From IMG/VR virus record IMGVR_UViG_3300002220_000874: a DNA stretch of 64,000 nt; one strand, 5' to 3'. Positions within the stretch are counted from its first letter, which is position 1, and every line of letters begins with the position of its first letter. The DNA comes from an uncultured virus (IMG/VR IMGVR_UViG_3300002220_000874). Taxonomy: Duplodnaviria > Heunggongvirae > Uroviricota > Caudoviricetes > Crassvirales. The translations under genes and the position numbers were made by a program. This document shows, one piece after another, positions 12,401 through 20,652 of the stretch. The notes under the pieces are model-generated. The model was not told the DNA's origin. It was given only the letters and a program-made list of their open reading frames with translations, and did not search any database.

Positions 12401-15400
12401 TACATCTTAAACTATTAGATATTCATCCTCTTATAAATAAGACAGAATTAACAATAGATGAGATAGAATTAATTGCAACTACTTATGCAGAGGTAAAGTT
12501 ATTTCAAGGCTTAATGAAAGAACACGCTAAATTAAATTTATTAACTGACCATAGTGATTTCGATCTTGCGATAAAAGGAACAAAAAATAGAGCTATATCT
12601 CATTTATTGACTTCATTGAGTGCTGCTTTATCTATTACATATAAAAACGTTCAAGGGTTTGACCAATACAATATTACTAATAATAAAGCAATACAAACAT
12701 ATAATACCTTAGCAAAAAAACTATTAGCGTTTGATACACTTGCAGAACATGGTGATGCATTAGAAGCAAATGATTTAGCTAATGGTACTCCTGTTAATGA
12801 GGTATTACTTGCAATTGAAAGATACGTTAAATCTATAACAAAAGATAAGAATGTTAAAGATATTACGTTTGAAGATTTAATGAATAAGATATTTACTACA
12901 GTAAAATCAAAAGACCAATTTCTTGCAACAGGAAAACTACTAAAAGACTTTTACAATGCTTTACATAATAAAGGTTTACCTAGTGAAACAATTAAAGTAG
13001 AAGAAGTAACAGTTGAAATAAATGAAGAATATTACGATAAGATATTAAAAGATAATAACAAACATATGAGGTATATTACTGTACCTTATAAAGAAGGTTC
13101 TTATTTTAATTTTAATATATTTAACATTGAAGATTCTGATGAGATTAAACTAACTCCTGAACAATCTGAAATGTTTAAAGAATATTTAAATCTTAAACAA
13201 GGAGATATTGTTACTATTAAAAAGAATGCAAAAGGTGAATATGAAATGCACAAAGGAGATAAACCTTTAGGTGTTACATTATCTCAAGCATATCAGGATT
13301 TTAGAGGATTTAACTATAGAAATAAAAATGGTAAATTCTCATCATTTGTTGATAGTTTTACAGTTAATGACTATGAACAATTATTAAGTAATATGAAATT
13401 TTTAATAGATGCTTTTAACAATGATAACATAGATGATTTACCTTTATCAGTAAAAAATATAATACTAAAAGCATTAAATCATAATAATGATAACAAGTAT
13501 CAAATTGAAGACTTAACTATTGAAAGAATTAAGCTTGTTATCTCTCCTATATTTTATGGATTGGATAGAGCTAGTTATAATGATTTAATAGGTAAAATGA
13601 CACTTGAAGAAATACAATATAATTATTTTAAATTAAATTCTTCATTAGCTAAAACAAATCATTATACAGAACAACTCGAAACATTATTAAAAACTATAGA
13701 CCAAGTAGAACTTAAAATACATACTATCTCTCCTGGTCAAATGCGATACTCAAATCAAGTACGTGATAACGCAATAGAAGCAGGATTAATATCTGATTTA
13801 ATTCCTCTTCCTAGTTCAGGAAAATATACAATCGGATTACGAAATCCTAATAACAGAAGACAGATTATAAATATTTATACAGGAGAAGAAATACAAGCAG
13901 AGAATACTCATATATTAAAAAATAGTAATAATAAAGTAATTGCTTTTATTACTACTGAAATTCATGGTAAAACTTATCTTGCAGGAATTGATATAGGACG
14001 AACAAGTAGTGTTGCTAGTGGTGATTTCGGTAAAAAGTTAATAAAGGCTACAGAAGCAAAATTATTACAATGGTTTAATAGCCCAAAAGATACAGGAGGA
14101 TTTGAGTCTTTTTTGAGGAAATATTATAGCTATAATAACGATAAGCAAAAGAATGACATAATGTCAATCTATACACATGAGGGAGCTAAAGTATTTACTT
14201 TTACAAGTGGACAAGGAAATCAAGTTAAACTAGTAAAAATAGTATCAAGTCCTTTGGACACTGTTCCTAAAATATTAATATATAATGATGCTAAAGATAC
14301 TGATAAATATACAAAGAAAGAATTTACACCAGATGAATTTGCTAAACATATAGGAGGAACACTTAGAGGAGTATTATCTTATATTACTAAAGATGGAAAA
14401 CTTGAATCACTAGTGGAATCAAAAGAAACATTTACAGATGAGATTACAGGAAAGACATATGCTACTCCATTAGAATTTTTAATTGATACAGGAGCATTTG
14501 TTACTAAATTAGACCCTGTTGTTGATAATAATGGTAATCCATTATCTGTATTTGATCCTACTGGTTCTCCTAAGGCTACAATATTTGCAACAGTTCACAT
14601 GGAAGATGCTGCTGTAAAAGCTGTACCAACTAAAGCAAAGAAAACAAAAAAATCAAAAGAAGATACTAAAAGTATTTCAACAGAAGAGGTAATAGATGAG
14701 TATTTTCCTGAAGTAGCAGTAACAGTAGATGATAAATCATTTACTGACTTAAATGAATTTCTCGAATATATTGCAAGTAAAGGAGAAATGACTTATGATG
14801 AATTTATTAAAGCTTTTAATGATCATCTAAATGCTGAAGATTTAAGTTTAGTAAATGCTGTTCTTTCTGTTATTTATAATACTCCTATTAAATTTAAAGT
14901 ATCGCTTGACCCAAAAGCATCTAATCCTAATGCTACTGCTGATTATAGTAATGAAGTAGTTACAATTTATGCTCCTAAGTTTTTTGTTAATGCTAGTAAT
15001 CAGACAAGAGGTAAAATGGAACAAACAGCTATTGTATCTCACGAAATGTTACATGATTTATTTGAAGCATTTAAAGTACTATTAGACGAGGAAACATTAA
15101 ATACATTAAAAGATGAACTATCTCGTATTGTAGCAGAAATAAAAAATGTAATACCTACATTAACTAAAGAACGACAAACAATATTAAACAATTGGATAGC
15201 TCAAATAGATAAAGCTGATATTAGAGGTGATGGTTGGCAAGAAGTATTAACGTATGCGCTAACCAATATGGAATTAGCACAAACATTAGTATCCATCAAA
15301 ACAAAATCAGCAGATAGAAGTATTGTTATTGATTTCTTTAAAAAGATATTTGACACTCTTGCTAAATATATAAAAGCATTACTTAATGTTGATATTGCTT

Positions 15401-18400
15401 TAGAAAAGAATACAGCGTTGTATGATATTATTGCTGCTACAGCAGTATCATATGATGTAATAACAAAAGCTGAAAATGATGCGTTTGCATTTGAAGATAA
15501 AATACAAAGAGATATTAATAATGGCATTGACTCTAGTGACGGTAATAATGCTCTTGATTTAACCGCAAAAGAATTATACGATAGAATGATTCAAACAGAA
15601 GGAAATTTAACTCCTTCAGAATTAGCACTATTTGAAGAAAAATATGATAGTAGTTTTGTTGCACTTAAAAGAGCATCAGAAAATAGAACTACATTATCTG
15701 AATGGAATGACCTACCTCTTACACAATTAGGAGATGTTAAAATATTTAGAACACTCTTTTTCAATGAAGTGAATTATTATCTTAATAGATTTGCTGGTAC
15801 AACATATACAAGGTCAAACGCTAGAGCAGGTGGATATGAATATACAGTAAAAATACCAAAACCTACTTTAGAAAGTTCAGACTTAACTATTGATACTAAT
15901 ATAAAAGCTCCTGGTTCTAACTTTACAAATATTGAAAAGTATGGACTTAGAAATCTTTACACACATCAAGTATTAAAGAATGTTAGCACTGATGGTAAAG
16001 CAGTAAATATTCCTACTTTTAGAGATTACAAAGAAGGAAACAAAGAAACTATTAGAACTCTTCTTGTTTCAAGATTAGAACAATTGAAAACAGTTGATGG
16101 AGCTAATGTTGAATTATTAGATAGAGCTATAGTTGATATGAAAAATCCTAATAGTGAAACATTTGATACATTCGTAATGTATTTCAATAATAAACTAGGA
16201 GGAGAAATAGTTGACATTGAGCTATGGTCGTATGAGAATGAAAAGGACTTTTCAGAATACATAGAGAAGTCATTTGAAGAAACTGATATGTTAAGAATGG
16301 ATGTTAAAGATAAAATAACAACATATCTTAAATTTAGATTAGCTCAACTAGCAATAAAAAGAAGTACTGTTACAGGTCTGACTGAAGCATTGGACATTGA
16401 TGAGATTTGGTTTACATTACACTCTGCTCATAGATTTGATACAACTGTTGATGATTTTATAAATACTCTAAAAGTATTAGGTAAAGGTGATGAACATTTT
16501 TCGCATATTGCTGTTGAACTTGAAACAGCACAAAATAGAAATAGCCCAGAAGATATTGATTTTCTCAATGGATATCTCAGTATGGCTAGAATGTCATTAC
16601 TTGAAGTATATGCCACAACATTAGAAAATCTAAACGGTAGAGAAACTATTGACTTCTCTATTCAAAACAGAGACTCATGGGGAACATTCGGTATATTTGA
16701 TACTATCTTTAGAAGAGCTATAACTATTTCTGATACTAAAGATGTTGATGATTTAATGAGATTGTATGGAGAACTAATAGCAATAATAGGAGATGATGTA
16801 GCACCTAACTCAAAACAATTAATGAAAGAATTGTTAGAGTATCGTGTTCATAATAAACAAGGTGAACTAATGTCAAAAGCACTCAGTATAACTACTGCTT
16901 CTAAAGGTGAGTCATTACCTTTAACTCAATATAAGGCATTAACTTTTGATTTAGCATCACAATTAAATCCTAAAGGAGGTAAACATTCTGATTTAATTGC
17001 TGAAAAGTTAACAACAGGAAATGGAGCTGTTATATTAGATCAAATCCTACAACAATTAGATATTAATGTTATATCTAAATTAGAAGCTAAAGATATTCAA
17101 AAGATAGCATATAATGTAATTCATATTGCTGAAAGTATTTTAAGAAATGCTTTCTTTAATCATGAAGAAAGTTTCTTTGATTCTGCTTCTTATGCTATGG
17201 GAATAGCAATAGCATCTGCACATAAAGGAATTAGACCTACTAAATTCGATTATCTTAACGTAGATAATAACTCTGAGTTTTCATTAAATCAACCATTCTA
17301 TTTATCTGATGTATTCAGAGGATTAAATGACCCTGATGATGATAAAGTAAGAAGAAGAATAGATGAAGAGTTTTTACAATTTACAAAAGACCCTAGAGGA
17401 AACTTTTCAAATTGGTTGTGGCATCAGTTAAATGTAATAGGAGAAGATGGAACTCAATTATTAGGTACAAAGGATAAAGCAACAGGCATATTTCAATTTA
17501 GTTCTGAAAGCAGATTAGATAGAAAGCTCGCAAAAGATAATAACCCTGATTATGTAAGAGAAATGTTCGGGTTGGCATCTTTCAATGGCTTAAAGTTTAT
17601 CGAACATAAACTAGGTTTAAAGGCTGATAAAATAGTAAACAATACCTATGATTTAATTGCTTTATCTACATTCCTATTATCTAGGAGTAATGCAGCAAAT
17701 AAATATAGTAAAGACCCTCTAAGAGCATCTAAAGACATTCAATCTGAACAAGGATTTGCATATTACACTATTCCTATGTCAGATAGTCCTAGAACTATTT
17801 TAATGAAAGCTCCTAGGTTTAATGTGTTGAATGATTTAGATACATCATCTGATGTACTTAAATTAGATAGAACAAGTACAACATTTAAGGCATTACAAAA
17901 TATTATATATCAAGATTTAAATGAATTGTTCACTGCTAGAGATACTATCTTTAATAGAAGTAAAGCAGGTAAACTTACTGTTAGGAACCAGTATGACCCT
18001 AAGAATAAAAATAATAATATTGCTTCTGATCTTCATGCAATTAAGCATCTAAAACAAGATAAACAAGGTAATATAACTCTTTTAGATAGTAAGGGTAATC
18101 CTACAGGAAAAGTATTCCATGCTAGCACAATGAGTTATAAAACTAAAGATGGTAAAGTAGTTACTTTATTTGATTATCTAAAAGAAAAGGCTAATGCACT
18201 AGAAGCATGGAAATATGAAACATTAGAACAATTTGTTAATGCGTTCCAAGATGAAATAAATGATTTCATTGAAATTGCTACTCAAGAAAGAGTAACAAAA
18301 GATATGGAACGTCTTGCTCCATTACAAAAAACATTTGATGATTATCATCAAAGGGAGAAACTAAATAGAAGAAGTACTCAAAAACTTGTTACAAATGACA

Positions 18401-19965
18401 AAGATTGGCAACATAAAATGTTTGATTTCTCTATAAATCAATATATTGTCATGAATGAAGTAGGTAATCTATTTGGAGGAGCATTAAGTGAATATGATAC
18501 AGGTATTGAATTAAATAAAAGATACGCTCAATATGCAAAACCTGGTAATGTTCCTGCAACAAATAGAGAATTTACAACTATTAAAGTTATTGACCCTGTA
18601 GGAAAAGTAAGTGAGGAAATACTAGAAATATTAAAACAACATCTATCTCCTGCTCAAGTAAGAAAGTATACAACAATAGCAACAGCTGATGGATTTAGTT
18701 TTATTACTATCGAAGAGTATGAAGAGAGAATGAAAGAAGTAGGAAAGTATCAATTATTTAAGGATATTATTGATGCTCTTAAATCTGATAAACCTTTAAA
18801 TCACTATCAATTCTCAAGACACCTTGAGTCATTAAAGTACTTCTATTATGATAGACAAGTGAAAGGTAGAGATAGTAAAATGACTCTTGATGTAGATAAT
18901 GCTACTCCTTATAATTATGCTTATTCAACACAAATTAAACACTCTGCTATTGTATTAAGTAATAATATGTATGTTGGTTCACAATTACATGACCTCTACA
19001 AATATATGAGAGAAAATGGAATAGACCAACTTGATATGAGTAGTTCTCAAAAAGTTACAAGAAATGTTGGTTTTAAATTATTTGATGAAAACAATAATAT
19101 TAATTTTAATGCTCTTGAAGATGTTAAACCTTATATAAATATTAGAAACGCTAAGAATCTTAGATTACAACAAGAAACAAAACCTCACATGATGGATGAG
19201 GTTATTAAATTAGGAGTTCAAATATCTAAGATTATATTCAACGGTTTAGTATCTGATGGTACATATAAATTAAATAACGGTAATATTAAAGGAGAAGAAT
19301 TATTTAAACATTTCAATAAACTTAATTCTGCTAATATTCAATCTAGTGTACTATCTCTATTATCAAAATGGGGAGCAGTTAAAGATGGTAAGATTAATCG
19401 TGATAATAATGGTAATATCTTAGTTGATACTAGACTTATTACAAAAGAATTAAGACAGTATGTTTATGATGAAGGAATTGATATGAACTTATATAAGAGT
19501 TTACAACCTGATGAAGCAGGTAACTCTAAACTTCCTATTTGGGCTCCTATAAGTCATAAGAAACTTACATCAATTCTTCTTAGTAAATTTACGAAGAATG
19601 TTATTACTCAAAAACTACCAGGTATTCATGCTCCTATTATTCCTAATATATTAGTTAATAAATCACAAATGATGTCTGATGCAGATGTTGGTAGTGCAGC
19701 AGCATTAGGAGAAATAGTACAAGATAATAGTGCATTACTTGAAGAATTTGGAATAACATTCACAAATGAAGAAAATGAATTATGTGCTGCACAAGGTTTA
19801 ACTGATGGAATAAAAGGTAAAAACTGGAAAGTAGTAAAAGAGTTTAAAGGTAAATCTCACGCAGAAGGAGGAATTGATATTAAATTAAATTCTGATGGTT
19901 GGAGTTTTAGGTCAGGAGGAAAAGATATCAAAGCTAAATATGGACTTTTAATACCAAACAATTAA
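9487..19965 (+). CDS. Giant virion protein: ejection-type N-terminus, zincin-like protease domain, C-terminal beta-like half of the virion RNA polymerase
   Basis: HEMLH at 15040-15054 followed by QEVLTYALTN. C-terminal KRYAQYAKPG, TADGFSFIT, KYFYYD, QIKHS, LRLQQE, ITQKLPG segments resemble crAss-like RNAP. Lies upstream of the DFDID gene. Confidence 0.8.
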   Translation: MNTNNPTIYDLPDGTSPSGNLIDMSKYSFQPTTMAGRASAPATRQDVETFNKLKGYINNPAMGFNPSNIYETAARNQGGWELLGKSLVHTLAEFTGGIVEGAGGLLNPYSWAAIASDSATKFERNLLQELGHLMNQGVKDALPIYQTKKAQKGFALADATWWASMFPTVASTAASFVPAAAVLRGTSMLGKTLNVGKGLRAAGKHATAGRVLENVSASIMSRHIDTYRESIGTFEQQYQRHKDLGFSDEEAKRMAGEAASIGMRYGYSNIVFDMVQWGAILRMGNRASKGISTEVAKAVGRKEGFKAIAAAASAVAKKPMSFGVDLGLTAFSEAADEAMIGFWQKEGIYEGDKKNLSKYYDKLHTEHNIMDRFASHMGDRHTWDEAFWGAFGGAGMMIGRAGINKIVNPKSAKDLNDKMADKIITTANNLKNSLAQATELIEQGDPVSAKIILDTMVLGLVDNANSTGSLKVWNELLSNIENATNEELKELGLDATIKPYLKEIKSDLQSAIKSSEVFTTKDYSTPTHKFTDDENYFIGSNITRNTYMIEKLDKRIQELDSQRTEEINQINQIKAQLGTISAQTFTDLMGKNEDKKAKAYTKIAKVNAGVSEALLLQYSTLQDIQSKRVMEMQNHATLAISIAHLENAIKSSNTPELVKNEFKRQLKTSKELLEQSKIQLDDLTKQLEDGDKVREELVNSTGATEVKATKDLYNLIHNVRNTTTANTIASLNNSKDKMTKQLAEFNDAKAVRKMIDEIRKENDDAHKTKLTIAKAQLENLNVGQENEIDEIVKAFPELKTEADAKRKKLKQEAKDINNIKEAGLKAKVNEYNNALNQLDIVLKSNLKLDLAFRSEYDDIKTKEKKTVEEYDAAIKQINTLLATIKGEPKPASTPTTTPTSTSTSTSTPTVNITNNELIDILYNRSLVYTNITSLLSILEAIQNYDIATLANEQDGKNLMIAVKLIQLQAASLHLKLLDIHPLINKTELTIDEIELIATTYAEVKLFQGLMKEHAKLNLLTDHSDFDLAIKGTKNRAISHLLTSLSAALSITYKNVQGFDQYNITNNKAIQTYNTLAKKLLAFDTLAEHGDALEANDLANGTPVNEVLLAIERYVKSITKDKNVKDITFEDLMNKIFTTVKSKDQFLATGKLLKDFYNALHNKGLPSETIKVEEVTVEINEEYYDKILKDNNKHMRYITVPYKEGSYFNFNIFNIEDSDEIKLTPEQSEMFKEYLNLKQGDIVTIKKNAKGEYEMHKGDKPLGVTLSQAYQDFRGFNYRNKNGKFSSFVDSFTVNDYEQLLSNMKFLIDAFNNDNIDDLPLSVKNIILKALNHNNDNKYQIEDLTIERIKLVISPIFYGLDRASYNDLIGKMTLEEIQYNYFKLNSSLAKTNHYTEQLETLLKTIDQVELKIHTISPGQMRYSNQVRDNAIEAGLISDLIPLPSSGKYTIGLRNPNNRRQIINIYTGEEIQAENTHILKNSNNKVIAFITTEIHGKTYLAGIDIGRTSSVASGDFGKKLIKATEAKLLQWFNSPKDTGGFESFLRKYYSYNNDKQKNDIMSIYTHEGAKVFTFTSGQGNQVKLVKIVSSPLDTVPKILIYNDAKDTDKYTKKEFTPDEFAKHIGGTLRGVLSYITKDGKLESLVESKETFTDEITGKTYATPLEFLIDTGAFVTKLDPVVDNNGNPLSVFDPTGSPKATIFATVHMEDAAVKAVPTKAKKTKKSKEDTKSISTEEVIDEYFPEVAVTVDDKSFTDLNEFLEYIASKGEMTYDEFIKAFNDHLNAEDLSLVNAVLSVIYNTPIKFKVSLDPKASNPNATADYSNEVVTIYAPKFFVNASNQTRGKMEQTAIVSHEMLHDLFEAFKVLLDEETLNTLKDELSRIVAEIKNVIPTLTKERQTILNNWIAQIDKADIRGDGWQEVLTYALTNMELAQTLVSIKTKSADRSIVIDFFKKIFDTLAKYIKALLNVDIALEKNTALYDIIAATAVSYDVITKAENDAFAFEDKIQRDINNGIDSSDGNNALDLTAKELYDRMIQTEGNLTPSELALFEEKYDSSFVALKRASENRTTLSEWNDLPLTQLGDVKIFRTLFFNEVNYYLNRFAGTTYTRSNARAGGYEYTVKIPKPTLESSDLTIDTNIKAPGSNFTNIEKYGLRNLYTHQVLKNVSTDGKAVNIPTFRDYKEGNKETIRTLLVSRLEQLKTVDGANVELLDRAIVDMKNPNSETFDTFVMYFNNKLGGEIVDIELWSYENEKDFSEYIEKSFEETDMLRMDVKDKITTYLKFRLAQLAIKRSTVTGLTEALDIDEIWFTLHSAHRFDTTVDDFINTLKVLGKGDEHFSHIAVELETAQNRNSPEDIDFLNGYLSMARMSLLEVYATTLENLNGRETIDFSIQNRDSWGTFGIFDTIFRRAITISDTKDVDDLMRLYGELIAIIGDDVAPNSKQLMKELLEYRVHNKQGELMSKALSITTASKGESLPLTQYKALTFDLASQLNPKGGKHSDLIAEKLTTGNGAVILDQILQQLDINVISKLEAKDIQKIAYNVIHIAESILRNAFFNHEESFFDSASYAMGIAIASAHKGIRPTKFDYLNVDNNSEFSLNQPFYLSDVFRGLNDPDDDKVRRRIDEEFLQFTKDPRGNFSNWLWHQLNVIGEDGTQLLGTKDKATGIFQFSSESRLDRKLAKDNNPDYVREMFGLASFNGLKFIEHKLGLKADKIVNNTYDLIALSTFLLSRSNAANKYSKDPLRASKDIQSEQGFAYYTIPMSDSPRTILMKAPRFNVLNDLDTSSDVLKLDRTSTTFKALQNIIYQDLNELFTARDTIFNRSKAGKLTVRNQYDPKNKNNNIASDLHAIKHLKQDKQGNITLLDSKGNPTGKVFHASTMSYKTKDGKVVTLFDYLKEKANALEAWKYETLEQFVNAFQDEINDFIEIATQERVTKDMERLAPLQKTFDDYHQREKLNRRSTQKLVTNDKDWQHKMFDFSINQYIVMNEVGNLFGGALSEYDTGIELNKRYAQYAKPGNVPATNREFTTIKVIDPVGKVSEEILEILKQHLSPAQVRKYTTIATADGFSFITIEEYEERMKEVGKYQLFKDIIDALKSDKPLNHYQFSRHLESLKYFYYDRQVKGRDSKMTLDVDNATPYNYAYSTQIKHSAIVLSNNMYVGSQLHDLYKYMRENGIDQLDMSSSQKVTRNVGFKLFDENNNINFNALEDVKPYINIRNAKNLRLQQETKPHMMDEVIKLGVQISKIIFNGLVSDGTYKLNNGNIKGEELFKHFNKLNSANIQSSVLSLLSKWGAVKDGKINRDNNGNILVDTRLITKELRQYVYDEGIDMNLYKSLQPDEAGNSKLPIWAPISHKKLTSILLSKFTKNVITQKLPGIHAPIIPNILVNKSQMMSDADVGSAAALGEIVQDNSALLEEFGITFTNEENELCAAQGLTDGIKGKNWKVVKEFKGKSHAEGGIDIKLNSDGWSFRSGGKDIKAKYGLLIPNN

Positions 19966-19966
19966 C

Positions 19967-20437
19967 ATGAAAAATCAAAACATTGAAGTTGAAGGAGGAG
20001 AACTCCTAATTCAATCAGAAGAAGGACATTACGCTATTATTCCTAAGAAACATAGGAAAGAAGTAGAAGATATGATTGCAGGTAAATGTGATGGGTGCAT
20101 TAATGATTACATCCAACATTTACCTAAAAATAATAACTATGCTGAAGATGGTACATTATTACCTGAAACAAATAATCCTACTTTTGGAGATGAACCATAT
20201 GCTAGTAAGCGTCCTTTATCTCCTCTAGCTCAAAGAGTATTAGGAGATAATACTAATATTAATCTTAGGTCTCCTGAGTTTGATACACAATTATCACAAG
20301 TACAATCTGCTCTAAAAGAACAATTATTAGCATCTCCATTAGATGCACAAGGAGAAGAAGATTTACTAAATGCTGGTAAACCAAAGACTCAACCTGATTA
20401 TCATATGCCTATTATATTTAGCTATTCAAAAATATAA
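19967..20437 (+). CDS. Small protein beginning with an EVEGGE motif, inside the inter-RNAP cassette
   Basis: 156 aa ORF starting 1 nt after the previous stop; contains EVEGGELLI, CDGC and YAEDG. Confidence 0.6.
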   Translation: MKNQNIEVEGGELLIQSEEGHYAIIPKKHRKEVEDMIAGKCDGCINDYIQHLPKNNNYAEDGTLLPETNNPTFGDEPYASKRPLSPLAQRVLGDNTNINLRSPEFDTQLSQVQSALKEQLLASPLDAQGEEDLLNAGKPKTQPDYHMPIIFSYSKI

Positions 20438-20450
20438 TAGATTTAATCTA

Positions 20451-20642
20451 ATGAGAGAATACGGAAAAGATAAAAAGAACTCTTACGAATATGCAGAAGA
20501 AGCAGATTTATCGTATGTTAATAAAATATTAGAACAAATCGGAGATATTTCTGTTATTGATAAAAGTGGTAAAAAGTATAAATCTCCACTAGATAATTTA
20601 AGAGCTAGTGAAAAAGTTTTAGCTAGAACATTAACAAAATAA
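20451..20642 (+). CDS. Small hypothetical protein, or +1-frame continuation of the previous ORF
   Basis: Frame is open from 20370; in-frame ATG at 20451 lies 13 nt after the previous stop. Confidence 0.4.
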   Translation: MREYGKDKKNSYEYAEEADLSYVNKILEQIGDISVIDKSGKKYKSPLDNLRASEKVLARTLTK

Positions 20643-20652
20643 TATTAAAGTA

